A program made the translations under genes and the position numbers. A stretch of 64,000 bases of DNA. It comes from Candidatus Poribacteria bacterium (GTDB taxonomy: Bacteria; Poribacteria; WGA-4E; WGA-3G). How positions within the stretch are numbered: the first letter of the stretch is position 1; each line of letters opens with the position of its first letter. Below the pieces are notes generated by a model, which was not told the DNA's origin, did no database searches, and saw only the letters and a list, made by a program, of their open reading frames with translations. Positions 29,674-40,404 of the stretch are shown one piece after another. The stretch lies in NCBI GenBank assembly GCA_965214095.1, contig OZ243938.1, positions 4,896,001-4,960,000 on the forward strand, in the 5' to 3' direction.

Positions 29674-31059
29674 ATGATATATTATGGACTTGTATGCTCA
29701 GCAATAAATGAAGACCGGCAGGCACTAAGAGAGGGAATGCGACTATTAGCCACTATTGCACATAAATACAATATCCCAATTACTTGGGCAATAACTGCTG
29801 ACTTAGCACGATCTTTCTCAAATGATTTGACAGAATGGCATAATGAATACAGTGATGAACCTTTGTTAATGCTCGATATAACGTCAACATGGAAAGAAGG
29901 TTGGTATTCAATTACTGAACAATCTACATCAGATAATGAAGTTGACCATGAAAATATAAATACCCTATACGAATCTGCATCAGCAAACTCTATAGCAGAA
30001 CATCTCGTAAAAATGAGAGAAACTGTTCCAAACTTTATCAGTTCTGAATGGAAGAAATTCCAGAAGGCTTTCGATTGGACAGTGCCAAATATCGCTGGGG
30101 CAGAATGGAAAAACCATGTATTGGTTCAAGCATTAGAACAGGAAGGATTTCGAGGTCTGTGGGGATATCGTTGGGAGAAACGCGACTCCATCGCAGAAGG
30201 TGATCGTGGCTGTCCCTTCGGCTTTTTTTATCCTTCTACAGAACAACATAACTTCAGCACTCCTGCTGCAGGAAGTATCGCTGGTATACCGCACAATACA
30301 GCAACACACATTCAGAAGGAGAAACACAATCTCAGATCTGCACTCATAAACGATGTCCTTCATCAGAACATAAACCTATATATTGAGAATGATAACTGGA
30401 ACCGGTGGATCTGCTATGTAGAACATGTTGATGTAATGGATGTCGTCCAGTTAGGTCAAGAAACATTAGCAAAACTGGATACTTATTTAGAATATATAAC
30501 CAACAAAGAATCCATTAAGCTTCTACCTTTATCTGATATAATAGACGACTATTGGACAAATTGCCAGATGACTGAACCGACTTATGTTGTTAAGCCAACA
30601 CTATCAAAGCCTGAATCTCAGAACACTTTAACAGACACCTCCGACACTGATACTGAAAGCAAAAAGGAGTTCACCTATTACGATGCCGAATGCCAATGTT
30701 CGTTTGTTGAAGGAACGATGGAACCTGTTGAAATGAAGAATTATATTACACCACCAGTTTTGGAGAATATCGGAATCGGTGTTTCAGACCACAGTTTTCT
30801 AAATCATGGAGTAGAATACCATTTACCAAGAATGACAAACTATCAACCTATTAGGAAACGTTCAAGATTACATATCAATTTTACAATTGAGTCAACAAAA
30901 GCAATGCCTTATGCCGTTGCTGTCTGGGGAAACCACCTCGGCTTACAACTAACTGAGTCAAACGCCAAAGAGGTTAAATGGATTGATGAACATCTGCTCT
31001 TTATTAGACTTGCATTAGAGAAAGGTGATAACGATTTTGAGATCATCCTATCTATATAA
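29674..31059 (+). CDS. Hypothetical protein, possibly polysaccharide-deacetylase-like
   Basis: 461-aa ORF 6 bp after the aldolase; IPITWA and GCPFGFFYPS motifs. Confidence 0.7.
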   Translation: MIYYGLVCSAINEDRQALREGMRLLATIAHKYNIPITWAITADLARSFSNDLTEWHNEYSDEPLLMLDITSTWKEGWYSITEQSTSDNEVDHENINTLYESASANSIAEHLVKMRETVPNFISSEWKKFQKAFDWTVPNIAGAEWKNHVLVQALEQEGFRGLWGYRWEKRDSIAEGDRGCPFGFFYPSTEQHNFSTPAAGSIAGIPHNTATHIQKEKHNLRSALINDVLHQNINLYIENDNWNRWICYVEHVDVMDVVQLGQETLAKLDTYLEYITNKESIKLLPLSDIIDDYWTNCQMTEPTYVVKPTLSKPESQNTLTDTSDTDTESKKEFTYYDAECQCSFVEGTMEPVEMKNYITPPVLENIGIGVSDHSFLNHGVEYHLPRMTNYQPIRKRSRLHINFTIESTKAMPYAVAVWGNHLGLQLTESNAKEVKWIDEHLLFIRLALEKGDNDFEIILSI

Positions 31060-31090
31060 AAAAAGATATAGTAGAGAAGAATACAGATAT

Positions 31091-31252
31091 TATAGTAAAA
31101 ACCATAATTATTTACACACTACGGTAGGTTCGGTTTCCGAACCGGTATCCCACGATAGGCGAGGTTTCCTAACCGAACCGGTGTCCCACGGTAGGCGAGG
31201 TTTCCTAACCTCGCCGATGCAGAGTGTTCAAGTAATTTCAAAATCTACTATA
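31091..31252. mobile_element. TATAGT...ACTATA MITE-like element with three tandem REP units
   Basis: Left end shared with 37230, right end shared with 22866; three ACG(G/A)TAGG units. Confidence 0.78.
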
Positions 31253-31277
31253 ATAGAATAAAATATTTGGAGGAAGT

Positions 31278-32510
31278 ATGGATAAAGTTTTAGGATTAAA
31301 ATGTCGTGAATGTGAACGCGAGTATCCAAAGGAACCACTTCACGTTTGCGAGTTCTGTTTCGGACCATTAGAGGTCCACTATGACTACGAAGTCATTCAG
31401 AAGTCAATTTCAAGACGTTCAATAGAACAAGGTCCTGATAGTTTATGGAGATACATTGACTTATTGCCGATCGACGGTGAACCGACTGATGGATTAAAAT
31501 CTGGTTTTACACCACTTATCCGAGCCAAAAATCTTGGGGACGCACTCGGTGTAAAGGAGATATACATAAAAGACGATTCTGTCTGCCACCCAACATTATC
31601 ATTCAAAGACCGGGTGGTTGCTATCGCACTCAGCAAGTCAAAAGAATTCGACTTTGACACGGTCTCGTGTGCATCCACTGGGAACTTAGCCAATGCTGTC
31701 GCTGCACATGCGGCTATTGCTAACTTAAACTGTTATATCTTCATTCCCGCTGATTTAGAACTTGGCAAAGTTGTCGCGTCGTTAGTCTATGCACCCACGG
31801 TTGTAGGTATCATGGGTACTTACGACGAAGTAAACCGTCTGTGTAGTGAAATCGCGGGGGTCTACCCGTGGGCATTCGTCAATATCAACATCCGTCCATA
31901 CTATGCGGAGGGTTCAAAAACGCTCTGTTTTGAATTAATTGAACAACTCGGTTGGGAAGCACCAGACCACATAATTGCACCCGCCGCTGGTGGTTCACTG
32001 ATAACAAAAATTGGGAAGGCATTGAAAGAATTCCATCAATTAGGATTGATTGAAAAACCAAATACAAGAATACACATAGCACAAGCAGAAGGTTGCGGTC
32101 CAATTGTCAATGCTTTCAAGGAAAACAGTGATTTTGTCAAACCAGTGAAACCTGATACAATAGCAAAGTCTCTCGCTATTGGCAATCCTGCCGATGGTAT
32201 ATATGCAGTGAATACCGTACGTAATTCTGGTGGTATCGGTGAACATGCAAATGATGAAGAAATCGTTGAAGCAATTAAACTCCTTGCTGCCACAGAAGGC
32301 ATTTTCACAGAAACTGCTGGCGGTGTCACACTTGCTGCAACAAAAAAACTTATTGATGATGGACACATCGCAAGAGATGAACGGATTGTTGTAGCAATTA
32401 CAGGTAACGGTTTCAAGACAATTGAAGCACTTGAAAACAAGACAGATGATCCACATATTATTGCCCCACAACTCAATGCATTTCGGAAACTGATGACAAA
32501 TATTGAGTAA
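31278..32510 (+). CDS. thrC: Threonine synthase
   Basis: PTLSFKDR PLP lysine, ASTGN, EGSKT, ITGNGFK. Confidence 0.92.
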   Translation: MDKVLGLKCRECEREYPKEPLHVCEFCFGPLEVHYDYEVIQKSISRRSIEQGPDSLWRYIDLLPIDGEPTDGLKSGFTPLIRAKNLGDALGVKEIYIKDDSVCHPTLSFKDRVVAIALSKSKEFDFDTVSCASTGNLANAVAAHAAIANLNCYIFIPADLELGKVVASLVYAPTVVGIMGTYDEVNRLCSEIAGVYPWAFVNINIRPYYAEGSKTLCFELIEQLGWEAPDHIIAPAAGGSLITKIGKALKEFHQLGLIEKPNTRIHIAQAEGCGPIVNAFKENSDFVKPVKPDTIAKSLAIGNPADGIYAVNTVRNSGGIGEHANDEEIVEAIKLLAATEGIFTETAGGVTLAATKKLIDDGHIARDERIVVAITGNGFKTIEALENKTDDPHIIAPQLNAFRKLMTNIE

Positions 32511-32526
32511 ACCGTTGACATTAACC

Positions 32527-32636
32527 AAAACGCGTTTGTAGTCGCGCAATTCATTGCGCCTCGGACATTCACTGGCATGCGAAGGTTCATAACCTTGACA
32601 GTTCACAGTGTCAAATTAAATCTAAATTCTACTATA
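32527..32636. repeat. GTAG-REP element ending in ACTATA
   Basis: Core identical to 20954-20996; TCTACTATA right end. Confidence 0.65.
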
Positions 32637-32674
32637 TGTTCTAAACCTTATAGCAACGCTTAGAGGATAATAGC

Positions 32675-33241
32675 GTGTCTCAAATGGAAACACACGAACT
32701 TTCACAAGATTTATCCAGACAACATGCCACAATGACTTTAGATGAATTTCTTGAGGATGATGTGGAAGGGTATGAATACGTTAAAGGGGAATTAATTCCG
32801 ATGGCTGCAGCGTCAATGAGACATGGTAAAATTAGCGTTAATATCCTAAGGTATTTAGATCCGATAGTCTACGATAACAAACTTGGCGAATTATATACTG
32901 CTGAAACTTCGTTTAAAGTTGGTGAAAGAGTGCTAAAACCAGATATAGCCTTTATTTCAAAAGAACGGATAACAGGTGACCCAGATAAAGGTTCACCTAT
33001 ACCCCCTGACCTTGCAATTGAGGTGGTTTCACCTACTGATATTCAATCACATATCGTTGGAAAAGCACTTGCTTATTTAGACGCAGGAACACGATGTGTT
33101 TGGGTGGTAGAACCTGTTTCAAGAACTGTCACAGTGTATAAGTCCGAGACAGACATAAAAACACTAACACGTGATGACACCCTCACTGGAGACGATATAG
33201 TTCCCGATTTCTCCTGTCCAGTTGAACTATTGTTTGAGTAA
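32675..33241 (+). CDS. Uma2 family endonuclease (DUF820)
   Basis: YEYVKGEL, KPDIAF, PDLAIEVVSP, YLDAG..VWVV. Confidence 0.9.
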   Translation: MSQMETHELSQDLSRQHATMTLDEFLEDDVEGYEYVKGELIPMAAASMRHGKISVNILRYLDPIVYDNKLGELYTAETSFKVGERVLKPDIAFISKERITGDPDKGSPIPPDLAIEVVSPTDIQSHIVGKALAYLDAGTRCVWVVEPVSRTVTVYKSETDIKTLTRDDTLTGDDIVPDFSCPVELLFE

Positions 33242-33251
33242 TGGTAAAAAC

Positions 33252-35576
33252 ATGGAAACACTAAGTGGTATTCTGGAACGTATTGTATATGAAAACGCCG
33301 ACAGCGGTTATACTGTCGGCAGGTTTTCTGCATACGGTCATCCTGAACTCGTAACGATAGTCGGAAATCTCGCATCGGTCAATGCAGGTGAGAGTCTACT
33401 GCTGAGTGGAGAATGGACAAACAACCCAAAATATGGTCCGCAATTCCAAATTGATAGATATGAAACCATCCAACCCGCAAATGTTCTTGGTATTAGAAAA
33501 TACCTCGGTTCAGGTATGATTAAAGGTATCGGACCAAAGATGGCAACACGTATCGTTAGTAAGTTTGGGATGGATACAATTGATGTTATTGAACAAACTC
33601 CAGAGAAATTGGCAGGTGTACCAGGAATTGGTAATAAACGTGTGGAGATGATACAACAAGCGTGGGAGGAACAACGCGAAATAAAAAATGTGATGCTATT
33701 TTTACAATCACACAATGTTAACACAGCCCATGCCACTAAGATATACAAGACATATCAGAATGAATCTATCCCCATTGTAACTTCAAACCCCTACCGTCTT
33801 GCAGATGATATTTACGGTATCGGTTTTGTCACCGCTGATACAATTGCACAAAGTCTTGGCATTGACAGAAATAGTCCACACCGACTCCAAGCAGGAATAA
33901 AATATGTACTTAGTCAAAAAGCCGATGAAGGACATGTCTTCCAACATCCTACTGACCTCATAGAGGCATGTGAAGAGATACTTCAACAGGATCCGCATAC
34001 AATTGAGTTAGGTGTCCTGGCTCTATACCAGAAGGAAGAGGTATTTCTAACATCTCAGAATGGTCAAGTGGAAATCCTTGCTGAAGAAGCCGCTGTGGAC
34101 AATTGGCTCAATAGTTCAACAAACAAAACAATGACTGAGTCAGAAAACATATATGTAGAAACCTGTGATCAAACTGACGAACTTCCAGATGAAGATATCC
34201 CAGACCATGCTTTCAAAGTTGATGAAAAAAGTGCAGTCTATCTTGCACCATTTTACTACGCTGAGATAGGAGTTGTGAACCAATTTCAGCGACTACTCTC
34301 AAGTGAAAGACGATATGCCAGTCGTTCAGACATCTCCAAATCATTAACACAGTTAGAAATTGAGATGGATATACAATTTGCATCTCAACAGAAAGAGGCA
34401 ATTCTTGCTGCCCTAACAGAACGTGCATTGATTCTCACTGGAGGTCCAGGAACTGGCAAAACCACAACGACAATAGGAATACTTCGACTGTTTGAAACTG
34501 ATAATAGACATGTCGTTTTAGCTGCACCAACAGGACGGGCAGCGAAAAGACTCAGTGAAACCACAGACAGAGAAGCAAAAACAATACACCGACTACTGGA
34601 ATTTTCGCCACACGAAAACGGCTTCAAGCGAAATCGTGAGAACCCATTAGAGGCTGATGTGGTCATTATTGATGAAATGTCAATGGTGGATATAGTATTG
34701 ATGAACCGACTGATGCAGGCAATACCTACACATGCAACCGTAGTTCTCATCGGGGACACAGATCAACTTCCATCTGTTGGGGCAGGAAATGTGCTAAAAG
34801 GATTAATAGAATCAAAAGTGATACCTGTCGTCACACTCACAGAAATCTTTCGACAAGCACAACAAAGCATGATTGTCACCAACGCACATCTGATTAATAC
34901 TGGTCAAATTCCCGATCTATCTGGTCCAAATGATCGCAACTTTTTCTTTATAGAAGAAGAGGACCCAGAGGAAATCCTCAATCTCGTCACCTCGGTTATT
35001 TCTGACCGACTTCCCAAGCACTACAACTTCCATCCTATTGACGATATTCAATTGCTATGTCCAATGAGACGTGGTATACTCGGGACAGAGAATTTCAACA
35101 AATGTCTTCAAGATGTACTAAATCCTTATTCAGAACAAGCCATCAGAGGATGGCAAACATTCCGAACTGGCGATAAGGTCATGCAAATTCGCAACAATTA
35201 CGATTATGATGTATTCAACGGCGATATAGGCCGAATCGTTGAAATTGATCAGATTGAGAAAATGTTGGCAATACGTTTTGCTGATAAACAGGTCGTTTAT
35301 GATATGGCAGACCTCAATGAACTTGTCCTTGCTTATGCAACTACCATCCACAAAGCGCAAGGAAGCGAATATCCTGTCGTCGTAATACCCATACATACGC
35401 AACATTATATAATGCTACAACGAAATTTACTCTATACCGGTATCACGCGGGCAAAGGAAATGGTTGTAATAGTGGGTACAAAACAGGCACTCAATATTTG
35501 CATACGCAATAATCAGGTAATGAAACGAAACAGCTATCTTTCCGAACGTTTACAAGATGCAACTTACAATGTCTAA
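33252..35576 (+). CDS. recD2: ATP-dependent RecD-like DNA helicase
   Basis: YLGSGMIKGIGP, GGPGTGKT, DEMSM, QLPSVG, HKAQGSE. Confidence 0.93.
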   Translation: METLSGILERIVYENADSGYTVGRFSAYGHPELVTIVGNLASVNAGESLLLSGEWTNNPKYGPQFQIDRYETIQPANVLGIRKYLGSGMIKGIGPKMATRIVSKFGMDTIDVIEQTPEKLAGVPGIGNKRVEMIQQAWEEQREIKNVMLFLQSHNVNTAHATKIYKTYQNESIPIVTSNPYRLADDIYGIGFVTADTIAQSLGIDRNSPHRLQAGIKYVLSQKADEGHVFQHPTDLIEACEEILQQDPHTIELGVLALYQKEEVFLTSQNGQVEILAEEAAVDNWLNSSTNKTMTESENIYVETCDQTDELPDEDIPDHAFKVDEKSAVYLAPFYYAEIGVVNQFQRLLSSERRYASRSDISKSLTQLEIEMDIQFASQQKEAILAALTERALILTGGPGTGKTTTTIGILRLFETDNRHVVLAAPTGRAAKRLSETTDREAKTIHRLLEFSPHENGFKRNRENPLEADVVIIDEMSMVDIVLMNRLMQAIPTHATVVLIGDTDQLPSVGAGNVLKGLIESKVIPVVTLTEIFRQAQQSMIVTNAHLINTGQIPDLSGPNDRNFFFIEEEDPEEILNLVTSVISDRLPKHYNFHPIDDIQLLCPMRRGILGTENFNKCLQDVLNPYSEQAIRGWQTFRTGDKVMQIRNNYDYDVFNGDIGRIVEIDQIEKMLAIRFADKQVVYDMADLNELVLAYATTIHKAQGSEYPVVVIPIHTQHYIMLQRNLLYTGITRAKEMVVIVGTKQALNICIRNNQVMKRNSYLSERLQDATYNV

Positions 35577-35634
35577 CAACAACTATAGTATCATTAGATA
35601 CAACTTAAATGGAAAAACAATTAGGAGTTCCAAT

Positions 35635-37173
35635 ATGAAGATACTTATTTTGGTTCTAATAAGTTCAATACTATTCTTATCTCAAACTGCCGCCTTCGCT
35701 GAAGTCCGTTTACCGAGAGTATTCGGCAACAACATGGTAATACAACGGGATATGCCTGCGCCAATATGGGGTTGGGCTGCCCCAAATGAAGCAATCACTA
35801 TTTCTGTTCTTAGACAGGATGTTGAAAGTGAAGTTGACACATACATAGTTAAAACAGATGAAAAAGGAAATTGGAGAACTACACTTAAAGCTACACCAGC
35901 AGGGGGTCCATATAAAATTGAGATTTCCGGTGAAAATACCATTGAATTATCAGATATTCTCTTCGGTGAAGTGTGGGTATGTTCGGGGCAATCAAACATG
36001 GCGTGGTCTGTCAACACTTCAAATAACAGTGAGGAGGAGATCGCCGCAGCAAACTATCCAAATATCCGTCTGTTTCATATCCCTCAAAGGGCATCTGGTT
36101 TACCTGTAGCAGACGTGCACGCTGAATGGCGACCAACGACACCAGACAGTGTCAGACATTTCTCTGCTGTTGCTTATTACTTCGGTAGACACGTGCACAA
36201 AGAACTTGATATACCCATCGGTTTAATCAACTCAGCTTGGGGTGGAACACGCATTGAAGCTTGGACTGCACCTGAAGGATTTGATGCAATTCCAAAACTA
36301 TCTGCTATTTCAGAAGAAATCCACGACATCAATAAAAACTATCGTAGGCAGCTACCTGAAAAAATGATAGCAATTGAAGAATGGATTGCAGAAACACGTG
36401 AAGCATTGGAGAACGACGGTATCATATATAAGATGCCTGAGAATCAACACGCCTTAAATCCACATAATAGACCAACTGCGCTCTATAACCACATGATATA
36501 TCCCATCGTGCCTTTTGCCATTCGCGGTGCATTATGGTATCAAGGTGAGTCCAATATGAAAGAAGGGATGATGTATCATGAGAAAATGAAGGGACTAATC
36601 AAGGGATGGCGTGAGATATGGAAACAAGGTGATTTCCCCTTCTATTTTGTACAACTTGCACCTTGGGGTGGTTATGATAGGGATGATCCGACCCATCTAC
36701 CCCAAATATGGGAAGCACAATCAGCCACATTAGAATTGCCGAATACTGGCATGGTTGTTACAACTGACATTGGTAACATCAGAGATATTCATCCCAGAAA
36801 CAAGCAGGATGTCGGTCTAAGGCTTGCGTTCTGGGCACTTGCGAAAACTTACGGGAAAGACGATCTTGTTTGTTCCGGTCCTCTATATAAATCTATGGAG
36901 ATTGAAGGAAACTCAATCCGTCTTCATTTTGAGCATGTTGGTAGTGGGTTAGTGTCACGAGATGGCGAACCGTTGTCATGGGTTCAAATCGCAGGTGAAG
37001 ATAAGCAGTTCGTGGATGCTGTCGCTGTGATAGATGGCGATACGGTCGTTGTATCAAGCGATGCGGTTGAGTCACCTGTTGCAGTGCGATTAGGATGGAA
37101 TCAAATCGCAGAACCCAATCTTATGAATAAAGAGGGACTACCAGTATCTCCCTTCCGTACAGACACATGGTAG
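35635..37173 (+). CDS. Sialate O-acetylesterase family protein
   Basis: Signal peptide, GEVWVCSGQSNM, WYQGESN, DIHPRNK. Confidence 0.9.
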   Translation: MKILILVLISSILFLSQTAAFAEVRLPRVFGNNMVIQRDMPAPIWGWAAPNEAITISVLRQDVESEVDTYIVKTDEKGNWRTTLKATPAGGPYKIEISGENTIELSDILFGEVWVCSGQSNMAWSVNTSNNSEEEIAAANYPNIRLFHIPQRASGLPVADVHAEWRPTTPDSVRHFSAVAYYFGRHVHKELDIPIGLINSAWGGTRIEAWTAPEGFDAIPKLSAISEEIHDINKNYRRQLPEKMIAIEEWIAETREALENDGIIYKMPENQHALNPHNRPTALYNHMIYPIVPFAIRGALWYQGESNMKEGMMYHEKMKGLIKGWREIWKQGDFPFYFVQLAPWGGYDRDDPTHLPQIWEAQSATLELPNTGMVVTTDIGNIRDIHPRNKQDVGLRLAFWALAKTYGKDDLVCSGPLYKSMEIEGNSIRLHFEHVGSGLVSRDGEPLSWVQIAGEDKQFVDAVAVIDGDTVVVSSDAVESPVAVRLGWNQIAEPNLMNKEGLPVSPFRTDTW

Positions 37174-37196
37174 AAGCAATAATAAACGATTAACTT

Positions 37197-37226
37197 GTAG
37201 GCGCGCTTTGTTAGCGCGCCTATTTC
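37197..37226 (+). terminator. GTAG hairpin, possible intrinsic terminator
   Basis: TAGGCGCGCT-TTGTT-AGCGCGCCTA followed by TTTCT, between convergent genes. Confidence 0.5.
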
Positions 37227-37229
37227 TGT

Positions 37230-37423
37230 TATAGTAAAAACCATAATTATTCACACACGACGGTAGGTTCGGTTTCCTAACCGAACCGGTGTTTGTTCTG
37301 TATTATTTACACACGACGGTAGGTTCGGTTTCCTAACCGAACCGGTGTTTGTTCTGTCTCATAGATGCGATTAGGAAACAGCATCTACCAGAGAGTGTGC
37401 ACGTATTTTTACATTTCACTATA
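37230..37423. mobile_element. TATAGT...ACTATA MITE-like element with internal ~56-bp tandem duplication
   Basis: Two copies of ACACACGACGGTAGGTTCGGTTTCCTAACCGAACCGGTGTTTGTTCTGT plus an inverted REP. Confidence 0.78.
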
Positions 37424-37443
37424 AATACTAAGTAATCCAGAAT

Positions 37444-38382
37444 CTATGCCGCTAATGCAGCAAATATAGCCTTAATGTAACCAACAGAATACGCCAATCC
37501 AACGTTACCCTCTAACCTTGGAATGTGGTCAGCATTGATACAGCCATCAAAACCAACTTTCTGAAGTTCACGCACAATTTTGAACATGTTCATATCACCA
37601 TCATCAAGGAGAGTCTCCTCAAAAGCACCTGCAGTTGCAAGACTGCCACGCACATTCCTTAGATGAACCATAAAGATACGACCTTTACGACCATAGTTAT
37701 TTATCTCATCAAGAACGATAGCACTGCCACCAGCTTCTGCACGTGTTCCACAACAGTATAAATAACCAACGTTTCTACTTGGAAAAGCATCAATCACTCG
37801 ATGAAAACCCAAACTACCCAAAGGTGTATCAGGATTCGGCACATCAGATGGATGTATTGCCAACTTTATATCGTGTTCATCCGCAATGGGTACTAATGCT
37901 CCGTAGACTTCACAGAAACGTTTCCACCATTCATCAAGTTCTTCCATTGTTGGTGTATTTGGTGGGTTTTTCGTGGCTGCACGACTCTCTCCTCGTGAGA
38001 TGTATCCGCCACGATGCACAGCAGAATAACGTGTCATCAAATAACCGAATGTATCACCCCAGAACCTTTGTCGTGCGATTGGTACCCCTGCTTCAGCGAA
38101 TACTTTCAAAGCGTTGCATGTATTCTCAAGTTCTTTCTCACCGCCAGATTGCCCTTTCATAAACTTCTCTGTAATGTTTGGCAGTGTTACGCGGTTGATA
38201 TCCAAACCATAAGAACGAATCAGTTTCCTCATTTTCAACAGTTCGTCTAAATCTGGATACCCTTGTTCTTTGACACCTGGGAAAGATCCATCGTTTCCAA
38301 AATCGATACAATCTGCCCCAAGTTGTGTGACTTGTTTCAGATAGGCTTCAGATAAACCACCGTCCCACACAGATACTTTCAT
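37444..38382 (-). CDS. Mannonate dehydratase family protein
   Basis: LAIHPSD, VHLRNVRG, ETLLDDGDMNM, ADHIP. Confidence 0.85.
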   Translation of the reverse strand: MKVSVWDGGLSEAYLKQVTQLGADCIDFGNDGSFPGVKEQGYPDLDELLKMRKLIRSYGLDINRVTLPNITEKFMKGQSGGEKELENTCNALKVFAEAGVPIARQRFWGDTFGYLMTRYSAVHRGGYISRGESRAATKNPPNTPTMEELDEWWKRFCEVYGALVPIADEHDIKLAIHPSDVPNPDTPLGSLGFHRVIDAFPSRNVGYLYCCGTRAEAGGSAIVLDEINNYGRKGRIFMVHLRNVRGSLATAGAFEETLLDDGDMNMFKIVRELQKVGFDGCINADHIPRLEGNVGLAYSVGYIKAIFAALAA

Positions 38383-38392
38383 ACATTCTCCT

Positions 38393-39397
38393 TTACAAAG
38401 GTAATGACACCGGTTGACCAGTTTCTACGGATTGATACGCTGCAAGTGCGATTTCAACAGCAGCACGACCATCTTTCCCTGTAATCGGTGGAACTGTCTC
38501 ATTGCGAATGGAATTTACAAATGCTCGTATTTCCTGTTGTACTGGCGGTGGCACTTTAATATCTCCAATTCGGATACTTCTGCCTTCCTGTTCAAAAGGT
38601 TTAATCTGAATGGAGGCATCACCACCCCATATTTGAGGGAAATAGATGCTACCTTTTTCGCAGTCTACACGTCCACCATATCCACCAACTGCAGCTGCAT
38701 GACTGGAATGGAGTAATCCAACTGCACCATTTTCAAATTTCAACGAAGCAAGCACAACATCTGGATAGTCAGTTTCTTTTTGAACAAACTTCCCACCCGC
38801 ACCAAAGACTGAGACAACTTCTCCACATGTCCACCGCATAAAATCTATCTCATGTGCATTGATTTCCATGAGACTTCCACCGGATTTGGCACGTTCTAAC
38901 CGCCATGGGGTCCGATTCCCACCACGCCAAGGTCCGCCGATGCGATGAACCATCATATTGACTGGTGCACCAAGTTCTCCGCTATGTACTATTTCTCGGA
39001 CTTTGGAATGCGTTGCATGATAACGACAAACCAACCCAATTGTCAGATACACATCATTCTCAGCAGCAGCACTGATCATTGCATCACAATCTTCTAATGT
39101 TGGAGCCATCGGTTTTTCAGAAAATACATGCTTGCCAGCATTCGCAGCATTAACCGCCATCTGTGCATGTAGAAATGGAGGTGAAGCAATAAGCACCGCA
39201 CGGATATTGTCATTTGCAAGTAGTTCATGATAATCGGTAGTATATTCTGTGCCGAGATTATCAGCTGCAGCTTTTGCCAAGTCCTTCTGCAGGTCACTGA
39301 CAGATATAATTTTAATTCCTTCAACAGCGTTTGCCCCATTTGCCAGGCTTCTTCCCATACCACCGCAACCGATTACGCCGATGCCGATGGTCTCCAT
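38393..39397 (-). CDS. Gfo/Idh/MocA family oxidoreductase
   Basis: GVIGCGGMG, SEKPMA, SGGSLMEINAHEID. Confidence 0.9.
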   Translation of the reverse strand: METIGIGVIGCGGMGRSLANGANAVEGIKIISVSDLQKDLAKAAADNLGTEYTTDYHELLANDNIRAVLIASPPFLHAQMAVNAANAGKHVFSEKPMAPTLEDCDAMISAAAENDVYLTIGLVCRYHATHSKVREIVHSGELGAPVNMMVHRIGGPWRGGNRTPWRLERAKSGGSLMEINAHEIDFMRWTCGEVVSVFGAGGKFVQKETDYPDVVLASLKFENGAVGLLHSSHAAAVGGYGGRVDCEKGSIYFPQIWGGDASIQIKPFEQEGRSIRIGDIKVPPPVQQEIRAFVNSIRNETVPPITGKDGRAAVEIALAAYQSVETGQPVSLPL

Positions 39398-39425
39398 GGA
39401 TTGTGCTTCATCAATTTGCAAGCTT

Positions 39426-40262
39426 TTACCTCCGTCGTGCTTTAATTTGTCCCCAAGTTACACTCAAATGATTTGATGTCGGACTCACATCAAGTCCTTC
39501 TGCATTCATGTTATTTTTAACTTCAGCCGCAGTCAGTGCCCTGTCATAAACGCGAAATTCGTCAAGATATCCTTGGATAGCATCCTCATTAACACCATCT
39601 GACCTGTCACCAATACCTAACAAAAGACCACCGGCAGGGATTGTACCAGCAGCAACAGTATGATCTATCGCAAGTTTACCATCAACATAATAACTAACAT
39701 TTGAACCATCATAAGTGCCAACAATATGAATCCATTTTCCAACAGGTATATCTTCCTGAATGAGATGTTGACCTGCATTCGTTGCCTTACCACCGGCTTT
39801 GACAAAAAACCCGTGTCGATTGTCATCATCGTCGTAATATAGGGTGACAACTTTAGAATTTGTGGGTTGATCATCAAGTGAAATGATACGGTTCCAACTA
39901 TCATCTAAAGCGTTGATTTTGACCCAACATTCTAAAGAGATTTCATCCCAATCTCGGTCAATCTTCGGAGGATCAGAATCCTCAACAAGAAAATAGTCAT
40001 CAAATCCGTCAAGTAAAACGCATTCTCCGACCACACAATCTGCTGCAGAAGCAAGTTCAGGATCACCATCAACTATTGCCTTTAAACCTGAAAAAACATC
40101 CTCTGCCTGTTTATCGATTTGCACAGTATCACTATCAAATGACCAATATGCAACTAAACCGTCTTCAACCGCACCTTTTACCGCATAAACTGGTTGCATA
40201 ATCACTATTGAAAATACAAATAGTATCAAAATAGTGGTGTATATATGAATCTTAGCGAACAT
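39426..40262 (-). CDS. Exported LamG-like jellyroll protein
   Basis: Signal peptide, GLVAYWSFD, WIHIVGTYDG, DEFRVYDRAL, C-terminal VTWGQIK. Confidence 0.88.
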   Translation of the reverse strand: MFAKIHIYTTILILFVFSIVIMQPVYAVKGAVEDGLVAYWSFDSDTVQIDKQAEDVFSGLKAIVDGDPELASAADCVVGECVLLDGFDDYFLVEDSDPPKIDRDWDEISLECWVKINALDDSWNRIISLDDQPTNSKVVTLYYDDDDNRHGFFVKAGGKATNAGQHLIQEDIPVGKWIHIVGTYDGSNVSYYVDGKLAIDHTVAAGTIPAGGLLLGIGDRSDGVNEDAIQGYLDEFRVYDRALTAAEVKNNMNAEGLDVSPTSNHLSVTWGQIKARRR

Positions 40263-40404
40263 GATGTCTCCCATTATGGTTAGGCTTGCTAAACACATTA
40301 ATGCATCCAACAAGCCAAATTAAGAATTGCAAACTCAGTTGTAAGATTTACAATCTTGATATTCAAACACAGTTCTCGTAAATACAATTCTGGTATTTCA
40401 CCAA

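Noticed and set aside
31091-37423. CRISPR array from the repeated CGGTAGG...CCTAACC units
   Set aside because: Only 2-3 units per locus, no unique spacers of regular length, no cas genes.
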